Assembly (NCBI GenBank): GCA_963835575.1
Contig: CAWIGG010000004.1
Coordinates: 736,001 to 800,000 of the forward strand
DNA: 64,000 bases
DNA from: an uncultured Spirochaetota bacterium
GTDB lineage: Bacteria > Spirochaetota > Brevinematia > Brevinematales > JAOACQ01
Direction: 5' to 3'
Shown here: piece after piece, positions 40,346 through 49,108 of the stretch
Layout of the letters: each line of letters begins with the position of its first letter
Numbering within the stretch: the first letter of the stretch is position 1
Translations under genes and position numbers: made by a program
The notes under the pieces: generated by a model
Database searches by the model: none
What the model saw: only the letters and a program-made list of their open reading frames with translations
Told to the model about the DNA's origin: nothing

Positions 40346-41836
40346 TTAAACCAATTTATTATTTATTGAATATAATTCTTTTAAAGCAAGAGAAAGACGG
40401 CGGATCCCTTCCCGGATTTCATCTTCATTTAATTTGGACAGATTTAATCGCAGACAGCATTTCGGCGGCCTGCCGGTAAAATACTGATCGCCGGACGATG
40501 CCTTCACTCCATGTTTTAATAGAACAGGAATAACACTGTCCGCGCTTTGAACGATATTATTCATGACAAGCCAGATGAGGAATCCGCCCATCGGACGGTC
40601 CCATTGTATATCCGGCCGGTTGATTTCCTTTTCCATGGCTTCGAGAGCCGTTTTCATTCTCCTTTTAAAAACCCTGTTGGTTTTAATAAGATGCTGTTCA
40701 TAATACCCGCGTCTGCAGAATTCGTCCAGGGCCGCTTCCGACAGGATGTTTCCGCAAATGCTGGTGGTTTCCCTCAATTTCCCGATCCTCCGGATACATT
40801 CCTCCGGCGCTGCTATCCATCCAACCCGTAAACCAGGGGAAAGGATTTTTGAAAAAGTCCCGACATAGAGTACAATCCCATTCCTGTCCATGGATTTAAC
40901 AGGAAGCGTCACTTTTCCCCAGTATTTCATTTCTTCGTCAAAACCGTCCTCAATAATGGGGACATTATACTGCTCGCATAGCGCCAGCAGTTCCTCCCGG
41001 TGCTTCTGGGAAGTACTGATCCCCGTGGGGTTTTGAAAATCCGGAATAGTATAAAGAAAACCGATTGAACCTTCTTTCAGACGTTCATTCAGTATTTTCA
41101 GATCCAGCCCGTCAGTTTTCATGGGTACCGGTGAAGCGTCAATTTCATGGATTTTGAGCAGATTAAGGAATTTTGCATAAGTGGGGGATTCAACAGCCGC
41201 TTTTTTACCGGTTTTAGAAAAAATAAGACAGATGAGGTTAAGGGCTTCCTGAGCGCCGTTTGTTATGATGATCTCATCCGGAGTGACAGAGATGGAATGC
41301 TTTTTCAGCCGTTCGGCGATGCTTTCCCTCAGAGGATAATAGCCGTAAGGATGACCGTAGCTCAGGAGGGCGCTGTTATTTTTAGATAAAACACTCCGGA
41401 TACAGCGGGTAAAATCCTGAATGGGCATCAAACGCCTGTCAAAATCAATCAGATTAAAATCTATAATATCATCTTTTTTTTCAGGCTGAAAGGCTGGACC
41501 GAAATCCCCTATCAGGGAAGAATCATCCATTTCACTCAGAGATCTCCAGTCGAGACGGCTTTTTGAGGATTTTGATTCAATATCTGCAACTTTCTGACGG
41601 CGGCAAACTCTTGTGTAGGAGCCGGGAGAGCTTTTTAAATAACCCAGGGCAGTCAGTTCTTCATAAGCATTGGTCACCGTTGAACGGTTAATTCCCATTT
41701 TTTCGGCAAGGACACGGCTTGGCGGAAGTATTTCTCCAGCCAGGATTGCTCCTGAATCGATCAATTGTCTGATCCGGCCGATGATCTGCTGATAGACGGG
41801 AACAGGCGAATCCTTATTTATCGAAATTAACAGCAT
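40346..41836 (-). CDS. MocR/GntR-family PLP-dependent transcriptional regulator
   Basis: wHTH (PVYQQI, LPPSR.LA, RSTV..AY..L) plus aminotransferase domain (FQNPTG, GTFSKILSPGLRVGW). Confidence 0.93.
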   Translation of the reverse strand: MLLISINKDSPVPVYQQIIGRIRQLIDSGAILAGEILPPSRVLAEKMGINRSTVTNAYEELTALGYLKSSPGSYTRVCRRQKVADIESKSSKSRLDWRSLSEMDDSSLIGDFGPAFQPEKKDDIIDFNLIDFDRRLMPIQDFTRCIRSVLSKNNSALLSYGHPYGYYPLRESIAERLKKHSISVTPDEIIITNGAQEALNLICLIFSKTGKKAAVESPTYAKFLNLLKIHEIDASPVPMKTDGLDLKILNERLKEGSIGFLYTIPDFQNPTGISTSQKHREELLALCEQYNVPIIEDGFDEEMKYWGKVTLPVKSMDRNGIVLYVGTFSKILSPGLRVGWIAAPEECIRRIGKLRETTSICGNILSEAALDEFCRRGYYEQHLIKTNRVFKRRMKTALEAMEKEINRPDIQWDRPMGGFLIWLVMNNIVQSADSVIPVLLKHGVKASSGDQYFTGRPPKCCLRLNLSKLNEDEIREGIRRLSLALKELYSINNKLV

Positions 41837-42087
41837 TTTTCCTCCTGAGCATTCATGATAAGATAAAAAATGGACTTTGTAAACGGCCAATTTATTATTA
41901 TTATAAACCAGCCAATTATTGAAAATATTTTTTAATTTTGTAAATATTTATTTTAGCCGTATGATAAAAAATAATAAATCATTGATACAGGATATTACTT
42001 TATTTTTTTTACTTATTTGAATAAAATCTTTATATTTAATGAATCAGGAAATTCATGAATGTTGTTATAAAAAAAGAGGAGGCCTTT

Positions 42088-44193
42088 ATGCCTGTGATCG
42101 ATATAGAAAAAATAAAAAAAGCCGGCGATTACATCCGTTATCTGTCGCTTTTCTGTGTGGAAATGGCAAATTCCGGGCATCCTGGGCTTCCGCTGGGATG
42201 CGCCGATATCGGCGTTGTATTGTTCCGGTATATTTTAAAATATAATCCTGAAGTTCCGAATTGGCTTAACAGGGACAGGTTTTTTTTATCAGCCGGCCAT
42301 GGATCAATGCTGATCTATTCGCTCCTTCATTGCGCTGGATATGGAATTAAAATTTCAGATTTGACGCGATTCAGGCAGGCAGGGAGTATTACCGCGGGGC
42401 ACCCGGAATACTGTATCAGTAATGGAATAGAAGCGACGACCGGCCCGCTCGGTCAGGGATTTGCGAATGCCGTGGGAGCGGCAATTGAGGGGAAAATGCT
42501 CGCGGCCAGGTTTAATAAGGATAATTACCCGCTTTTTGATTATACAGTTTATACATTAATGGGAGACGGCTGTAATATGGAAGGAATCAGTTACGAAGCC
42601 GGATCGCTTGCTGGGCATCTCGGCTTGGATAACATTATAGCCATTTATGATTCTAATGATATCACCATTGACGGCTCAACAAAAATAAGTTTTACCGAGG
42701 ATGTCGGCAAAAGGTATGAGGCCCTCGGCTGGCATGTGGAAAAAACCGATGCCGGGCATATTGAGGATTTCTATCATAAAATAAATCAATTAAAAGATTT
42801 AAAGGGAAAGCCCAAGCTTATCATAGTAAAAACGAAAATCGGTGAAGGCCTGAATAAAGTCAAAGGAACGAAAAAGGCGCATGGCACACCGGCCGGCCCG
42901 GATGAAATTGCTTATTTTATTCAGAATTCCAGAATAAAAAAATTATTCCAGGATACTTACGGCACTGAAAATGTGGAAAATGCGCAGAAATTAATAGAGC
43001 TTTGCAGGAAGGATATTCTTGAAAAAAATCTTCCTTTTGAAAGCCCTGAAGACACAGCTTATATTCATGAAAGATCAGTTGAAAATCAAAAACAATATAA
43101 TGATTATAAGGTATTATTGAATAATTATAATAAATTGTTTCCCGAAAAGTATAAAGAACTGTCCGGATACCTTGATTTTCATATGCCTGCTGATTTAAAG
43201 GAAAAATTGCTTTTTTATAAAGAGGACAAGGCAGATGCGACCAGGAACATATCCGGAAGGATCCTGAATATCTGTGCTGAAGCTTTGCCGCAGATCGCGG
43301 GAGGAGCGGCGGATCTTGTTAAGTCCACAAAGGCTTTTATAAAATCATCCGGGTATATCAACCGGAATGATTTTAGCGGAAGGAATATCGCCTTCGGGAT
43401 AAGGGAGCATGCAATGGGCTCAATCTGCAACGGAATGGCTCTGAATAGAGTTCTTCTGCCGTTCAGCTCAACTTTCTTTACATTCTTTGATTATATGAAA
43501 CCCTCTGTACGGCTGGCCGCGATCATGAAAATCAAGCACCTTTTTGTTTTCAGCCATGATTCCATCTATGTCGGTGAAGACGGACCGACTCATCAGCCGA
43601 TTGAACAGCTTAATGCTTTAAGGCTTATTCCCGGCATTTTTGCGTTCCGTCCGGCAAATGATATTGAAACAGCTTTTTCTTACCTGTATTATTTAACCGA
43701 GACCGATGGGCCCGCGGCTATTATCTGCACAAGACAGAATGTATCAGAAAAGGTATTTCATCTTGAATTTGACCATAAGAAGCTTTATGATGACTTTAAA
43801 AAGGGCGCATATATCATTTATGAAAGCCCCGGCAATAATAAGCCTGAAATTATCCTGGGCGGGTCGGGTTCTGAAACAGGCCTTGCCTTGGAAGCGGCCG
43901 GACTTATTGAAAAAAGGGATGAAAAAAAAGTCCGCGTCATCAGCGTACCATGCCTTGAGCTTTTTAATAAAAGTGAAAATGACTATCGGGATCATCTGCT
44001 GGAAAACGGAAGCTTGCCTTTTGTATTTATAGAGGCCGCATCCCATCGGGGAGTGAATTTCTTCTATGGCAAAAACATTCATCTGATTGATATTGAAGAC
44101 TTTGGCTATTCCGGGCCTGCAAACAAGGTGGCTGAAATTTATGGTTTTACTCCGGAAACGGTTTATTCAAAAATCAAAAAGATGGGATTATAG
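42088..44193 (+). CDS. tkt: Transketolase
   Basis: SGHPG.PLG, RDRF.LSAGHGS, GDGCNMEG, FGIREHAM, GEDGPTHQP. Confidence 0.96.
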   Translation: MPVIDIEKIKKAGDYIRYLSLFCVEMANSGHPGLPLGCADIGVVLFRYILKYNPEVPNWLNRDRFFLSAGHGSMLIYSLLHCAGYGIKISDLTRFRQAGSITAGHPEYCISNGIEATTGPLGQGFANAVGAAIEGKMLAARFNKDNYPLFDYTVYTLMGDGCNMEGISYEAGSLAGHLGLDNIIAIYDSNDITIDGSTKISFTEDVGKRYEALGWHVEKTDAGHIEDFYHKINQLKDLKGKPKLIIVKTKIGEGLNKVKGTKKAHGTPAGPDEIAYFIQNSRIKKLFQDTYGTENVENAQKLIELCRKDILEKNLPFESPEDTAYIHERSVENQKQYNDYKVLLNNYNKLFPEKYKELSGYLDFHMPADLKEKLLFYKEDKADATRNISGRILNICAEALPQIAGGAADLVKSTKAFIKSSGYINRNDFSGRNIAFGIREHAMGSICNGMALNRVLLPFSSTFFTFFDYMKPSVRLAAIMKIKHLFVFSHDSIYVGEDGPTHQPIEQLNALRLIPGIFAFRPANDIETAFSYLYYLTETDGPAAIICTRQNVSEKVFHLEFDHKKLYDDFKKGAYIIYESPGNNKPEIILGGSGSETGLALEAAGLIEKRDEKKVRVISVPCLELFNKSENDYRDHLLENGSLPFVFIEAASHRGVNFFYGKNIHLIDIEDFGYSGPANKVAEIYGFTPETVYSKIKKMGL

Positions 44194-44206
44194 ATTTGAT
44201 TGAGTC

Positions 44207-44764
44207 TTGATATGTTCTTGTTTTAAAAGATGGAAATTAAATACTGCGAATTCTGCTTACAACGCGTATCTCAGGGAATTTCCTGACCATCAGAACGAAA
44301 CAGTTAAGGTTGATCTGCCTCTGCGCGGCATGGTTATCATAGGCGGGAATGACAATTTTATCGGCTTCGGGCAGGAAATTATTTTTCCGGTCGAAGGAAT
44401 TGTTGAAATAGTTGTAGTTGACATTGTAGACAAATCACCTCAGACCAATTATTCACTGGGCGATGCTAATTATATTTCCATAAGGGATGATAAAGGTTAT
44501 CATTGTCTTTTTATGCATAATAAAATGCGTTCGGCGCGCGTAAAACCCGGAGAGAGGGTGATGCCAGGCGATGTCCTGGCGGAGCTCAGAAATACCGGAA
44601 TGACATACATTCTTCATCTCCATTTCGGCATTTACGCGAAGGAATGGGTGCTGAGCGTTCCGGTGCGGTTTAAGAATTTCTATAAGATTAAAAAAGACGG
44701 CAGAAAAGTTAAAATTACCGAAGGTGTACCGGAACCCGGTGATATAATCGAATCGGTCCGTTAA
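44207..44764 (+). pseudogene. Probable truncated/degenerate M23-family peptidase
   Basis: GDANYI.I, VKPGERV..GD, LRNTG..HLHF; no clear RBS and no upstream HxxxD zinc motif visible. Confidence 0.5.
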
Positions 44765-45930
44765 TCATAAAATCTCTGTGTTAAAATATCGGAATATTTC
44801 TCCAATAATCCGGCTTTAGCAGCATAATGAAATATGGTATACCTCGGCCGGATTTCCATGGCATGGATGAGACTTTCTTTAAATAGTTTCCTGCCGATGC
44901 CGAGAGTTTTCGGGCTGTCCGCCGCTCCGGCGGCATTTAATAATTTCTGCAGATGTTCAGGCTCCGGCACATTCAGGCTTGTTATAAGATCATCAGAAAA
45001 TAAATGGTATAAAGCCGATATGACTACAGACGCGGCGCCTACGGAATTCCCATGCAGGGGATGTTCCCTTCCATGAGAAAGCGCGTCCATTTCCCAGTAA
45101 TGGGCCAGGTGGTGCTCGGCGCCTGATGCGGGACGTGAATTACCGGTCAGCCCCATGGCTACTCCCGTCAGGATCAAAGCCTCCAGCAATTGCTCTATTG
45201 CTTCTTCATCCCTTTTACCGATTTTTTCAGCGTTTGAAACACATTTGTCCAGGGCGTTTTTTACAAGCATCGCGCTTGTTTTACAGAAATATTCCTTATT
45301 GATCTCTCCCGACAATTGCCAGTCGGCCAATGCTGTAAACTTGCCGATGATATCCCCGAAGCCGGCCCGGATCATCTCCATTGGGGCATTCTTTATTATT
45401 TCCATATCGGCGATAGCGGCATATGGAAAAACAGCCTCAAATGTTTTTTTAAAGCCGCTGATGATCAGCGCTGATACCATGGACGCGTAGCCGTCCATTG
45501 AGGGAGCAGTACAGACTATTATGTAAGGAATGCCGAGTTTGAAGCTTAGAAAACGGGCCAGGTCGTTCAGAGTGCCTGAACCGACAGTTATAATCAATGA
45601 AATATCCGGCGTGATTTTGGCAAGCAGTCGTTCGACCGCTTTTTCATCCGGCACAAGAGGAGATGTTGTCTCAAAGACAAAAGAAGCAGTTTGGAAATCA
45701 TTTTTATTGAGAAGGTCCAGGATTTTATTTCCGCAGACTTTGAATGTATTGTTATCGGCCGTAAGGAAGACTTTTTTCTTTTTAAAATCTTTTAACAGAT
45801 TGAGGAGCTCGTTTTCGGGATTTGTCCCGATATATATCTTATTGATGCCGATGGAATGTTTTCTTCCGCAGGAGCAGTCAAAAGACAGGCCGGGCATATC
45901 TTCAATTTTTAAATTCAATATCTCATCCAT
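44761..45930 (-). CDS. sn-glycerol-1-phosphate dehydrogenase (AraM/EgsA family)
   Basis: CSCGRKH, GSGTLNDL, TAPSMDGYAS, GFGDIIGK, SRPASGAEHHLAH, LHG. Confidence 0.9.
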   Translation of the reverse strand: MDEILNLKIEDMPGLSFDCSCGRKHSIGINKIYIGTNPENELLNLLKDFKKKKVFLTADNNTFKVCGNKILDLLNKNDFQTASFVFETTSPLVPDEKAVERLLAKITPDISLIITVGSGTLNDLARFLSFKLGIPYIIVCTAPSMDGYASMVSALIISGFKKTFEAVFPYAAIADMEIIKNAPMEMIRAGFGDIIGKFTALADWQLSGEINKEYFCKTSAMLVKNALDKCVSNAEKIGKRDEEAIEQLLEALILTGVAMGLTGNSRPASGAEHHLAHYWEMDALSHGREHPLHGNSVGAASVVISALYHLFSDDLITSLNVPEPEHLQKLLNAAGAADSPKTLGIGRKLFKESLIHAMEIRPRYTIFHYAAKAGLLEKYSDILTQRFYD

Positions 45931-45951
45931 GCAAACCTCAATATTATTTTT

Positions 45952-47349
45952 TCACTGCCTTCCTACCGGTTTGATTTTTATGTCCTTTGCACCTTCAGCC
46001 AAAGCGGATTTTTCCATTTCCTTTTTTGAGAAATACCATGTGCAGAAAAGGACCAGCGCCATCACCGGTATGAAAGCGAGCGCGATGACATTGCCCGAAA
46101 AGGTCTTGTAAAGCCAGAAGCGGAGAGGGAGGCCGCCGTCCAGAAAGCTCGTGATCGTCCCGTTATATCCTGTAAATGTAAAATGCGCCTTTGCCGCCAG
46201 ATCGGTAAAGGTGACGGACATATAGGAAGCTATATAGAGCTGGGCTATGATCATCGGAATGCCGATAATGAAAGTCCGCACGATATTACCGTTTGTCGCG
46301 ACGACGATCATGACCACCATGGCCATCATGTTGGGCAGGTCGCCGATCGGGATGAACTTGATGCCGGGGAGCACAAAGGCAAGGATGAGAGCTATAGGCA
46401 TAAGAAGGAGCCCGCTCACGATAACGGCCGGATCGCCCATGATGACGGCGTTGTCAAGCCCCATATAAGTCTCGCCGATGGCTGGAAGCTTCTTCTTCAC
46501 GAATTCCTTCATGCCTTCGGAGATCGGTATCAGTCCGGACGTGAGTATTCCGCACATGGCCGGAAGGATCAGTATGACCGCCGATATCGAGAAGGCCAGC
46601 TCAAGGACATTTCTGACATCAAACCCCGCGCCGATCCCCAGCATAATACCGAGCACAAAGCCGATAACGATCGGCTCGCCGGCAAGTCCGAGCTTGTTTT
46701 TAAGCGAAACGGGATCGGCCTTGAGCTTATTGATGACAGGTATTTTATCAAGAATCGCGTTTCCGATGACTCCCGCCGGATAATAGCCGCCGACCGAAAG
46801 GGTGGTGATCGCGACACCCGGAAGCTTCGCGTACCGTTTGACATGCGGCGCGCCCCATTCGGCGATTTTCAGGACAATGACCTCGGCCGTAATGACCGCG
46901 GCTATTGTGATGTAAATATTGCCGGTGGCCGCGCTGACGAGCGCGCCGACCATCAGGAAGTGCCAGTAATTCCAGATATCGATATTCACGACTTTTGTCA
47001 GTTTGAAAAAGAGCATAAAGACATTGACGAGCATGATCACAAGAATCATGACCGGGGCCAGGCTGAAAGACCAGGCGATCGACGCAAGCGGCGGCCAGCC
47101 GACATCGAGCACGTTCATCGGCAGTCCGGTCCGCACGACAAGGGCCTTGACCGCGGGACCGATTTTGGACACAAAGAAATCAAAAGCAATGAAAATCCCG
47201 ATGAACCCGATCCCGATATTGAGGGCCGCCTTAACCGATGTCGAGAATTTAAGGCGGAAGACCATCGCGAAGATGAAGATAAAGACAGGCAGCATCACAT
47301 AAACTTTAAAACTGAAGATATAGGTAATGACGGTATTGACGGTTTGCAT
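45952..47349 (-). CDS. PTS galactitol-family IIC component (GatC-like)
   Basis: GIGFIGI, DVGWP, NIDIWNYWH, GLD.A...G.P, P.GDL. Confidence 0.9.
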   Translation of the reverse strand: MQTVNTVITYIFSFKVYVMLPVFIFIFAMVFRLKFSTSVKAALNIGIGFIGIFIAFDFFVSKIGPAVKALVVRTGLPMNVLDVGWPPLASIAWSFSLAPVMILVIMLVNVFMLFFKLTKVVNIDIWNYWHFLMVGALVSAATGNIYITIAAVITAEVIVLKIAEWGAPHVKRYAKLPGVAITTLSVGGYYPAGVIGNAILDKIPVINKLKADPVSLKNKLGLAGEPIVIGFVLGIMLGIGAGFDVRNVLELAFSISAVILILPAMCGILTSGLIPISEGMKEFVKKKLPAIGETYMGLDNAVIMGDPAVIVSGLLLMPIALILAFVLPGIKFIPIGDLPNMMAMVVMIVVATNGNIVRTFIIGIPMIIAQLYIASYMSVTFTDLAAKAHFTFTGYNGTITSFLDGGLPLRFWLYKTFSGNVIALAFIPVMALVLFCTWYFSKKEMEKSALAEGAKDIKIKPVGRQ

Positions 47350-47553
47350 GATGGTTTCCCTTGTTAATGATTAAATATCACTAAACAACAGAAGATTATT
47401 TTAGTGCAGGACCGGAATGTTTGCAAACTATCAACAGGCTTTATGATGTATTAAAAGTATTGAATCAATCATCGGCAAATTTATTGATGTTTTGTTTTTG
47501 AATTTAATTTTCGATATCATGGTTTGAGTATACAGAACCTGGAAAAATGATTA

Positions 47554-47598
47554 TCAATGGATCATATCGTCAAGATAATCATCATTTATCCGGGTCAT
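47554..47598 (-). pseudogene. Stub of a HEPN/DUF86 toxin gene
   Basis: ATGA overlap with the MNT stop; reads MTRINDDYLDDMIH then TGA TAA, resembling DUF86 N-termini. Confidence 0.5.
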
Positions 47599-47888
47599 AA
47601 AAACAGTACTTCTCGCATTATTTCCTTACCGATCCTGGGTTTCAGCGAGTTTTTCATGACCAGGTCTACTTTTAATCCTAATTTATCGGAGAGTTTATTC
47701 TCAAGACCGGCAAATTCAAGCAAGGTCGGCGTTTTATTAAAATCCACCAGAATATCGAGATCGCTTTTTTCCATTGCCTCGCCCCTGATATAAGAACCGA
47801 AGATGCCGATTTCATTAATATAATATTCTTTTTTTAAATCAGGTATTTCTTTCATCAATTCCGCTTTTATTTCTGATAAATTTTTCAT
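47595..47888 (-). CDS. Minimal nucleotidyltransferase (MNT) antitoxin
   Basis: IGIFGSYIRGE...SDLDILVDF, KVDLV. Confidence 0.92.
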   Translation of the reverse strand: MKNLSEIKAELMKEIPDLKKEYYINEIGIFGSYIRGEAMEKSDLDILVDFNKTPTLLEFAGLENKLSDKLGLKVDLVMKNSLKPRIGKEIMREVLFL

Positions 47889-48019
47889 AAAAAAGATCTC
47901 CTGACAAATATTATATTGTGTATTTTACCAGATAATACCGATTATGTAAAGTGTGATGCCTGCGTATTTCTTTTAATAAGTGAGAATGTATTGTATAATA
48001 TTAAAAGCGAGGGGGATTT

Positions 48020-48163
48020 ATGCCTTTAACGAAGCTTTTGAATTTTCTGTTCAGCAGAAGGACCAGCAGCAGCAACTCTAATCTTTCCATGTCGAACGAC
48101 TGGATGACACGGAACCAGATCAAGTTTAAGAGTAAAAGGAATGTCAGTCCGGTGAAAAGGTAG
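48020..48163 (+). CDS. Putative small protein (47 aa), below the ORF-track cutoff
   Basis: TATAAT at 47994-47999, RBS GAGGGGG, MPLTKLLNFLFSRRTSSSNSNLSMSNDWMTRNQIKFKSKRNVSPVKR-stop. Confidence 0.5.
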   Translation: MPLTKLLNFLFSRRTSSSNSNLSMSNDWMTRNQIKFKSKRNVSPVKR

Positions 48164-48180
48164 GGGGTGCCGGAGGTTTT

Positions 48181-48537
48181 GTTCACTTTTCTTTTGGCAG
48201 ACGTCCCAAAAGAAAAGTGAACCGAAAAGAAAAAGACTTTGAGGCCATTTCCATACGGAGCGATCGGATAGTATGGAGGTGTGTCATCCGGTTTTTATTC
48301 AAAACAATTCTTATTTAATAGCCTCCTTATATCGCTGTCCTTGCCCAGCACCACTTTGAGGACAGGCAATCAAAGTGGTGCTGGGTGTGGCTTTATGCGG
48401 CGGTTGCGGCATCCCTTCGATGCTCCCTCACCATTTTGTTGGTTTAATATTCTAAGCTTATCAAAATGGTGAGGGATTACTCAGGGCAAGCCTTGCCGCA
48501 AGCATTTAACTCTTTTCTATTATTATAAAATGGCCTC
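48181..48537. repeat. Composite multi-hairpin non-coding element next to the RAYT gene
   Basis: Stems 48181-48197/48206-48222, 48241-48250/48528-48537, 48344-48359/48370-48385, 48404-48411/48494-48501, 48424-48438/48462-48476. Confidence 0.75.
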
Positions 48538-48586
48538 GGGAACGGATGTTTTGTTGAACGATCCTGTTTTCTATATATAATATTCT

Positions 48587-49108
48587 TTAATTTTCCTCAT
48601 CAATATTCCAATTTGACGGATTGTTTAAAATATATTCCCGGTGATGATGCAAATCCTTTTCATCCCTGATGATATGATCGTGATATCTTGATTGCCAATA
48701 AAATTCGATTTTATTCAATACCGCCCATTTTTTCACGCCGATTTTGAATCCCCGGATTATTGAGGGAATGTTCATAGATTGCGGCCCGAATTTTCCGTTT
48801 GCGGTTGGTTTTTTTAATTGTAGAGACGCAAAATTTTGCGTCTCTACAATTATAATCCCATGTAAATGGTCCGGCATGACGACATATTCATCCAATACCG
48901 CAAACGGAAAATGTGCCGGGATTTCCCGCCAACATTTGTCCGCGTTTTTCCCCGTTTCCGATAATACCATTTTTCCATCCTTTATATGCCCGAAATACGG
49001 TTCACGGTTTTTTGTGCAGACCGTCAGGAAATAAATACCGGCCTTGGAATAATCCCATCCTTTCAACCGGGCGGACTCGACGCGGTATTTGTTATTGAAT
49101 AAGGTCAT
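48587..49108 (-). CDS. REP-associated tyrosine transposase-like HUH (Y1) protein
   Basis: RLKGWDYS..G.YFLTVCT, VVMPDHLHGII (HUH), WQSRYHDHIIR, EYILNNP. Confidence 0.92.
   Translation of the reverse strand: MTLFNNKYRVESARLKGWDYSKAGIYFLTVCTKNREPYFGHIKDGKMVLSETGKNADKCWREIPAHFPFAVLDEYVVMPDHLHGIIIVETQNFASLQLKKPTANGKFGPQSMNIPSIIRGFKIGVKKWAVLNKIEFYWQSRYHDHIIRDEKDLHHHREYILNNPSNWNIDEEN
48815..48852. repeat. Perfect 38-bp GTAG-type palindrome inside the RAYT coding sequence
   Basis: TAATTGTAGAGACGCAAAA-TTTTGCGTCTCTACAATTA, encoding VETQNFASLQ. Confidence 0.9.

Noticed and set aside
46183..47367. 394-aa plus-strand ORF
   Set aside because: Antisense shadow of the GC-rich GatC gene; no recognisable motifs
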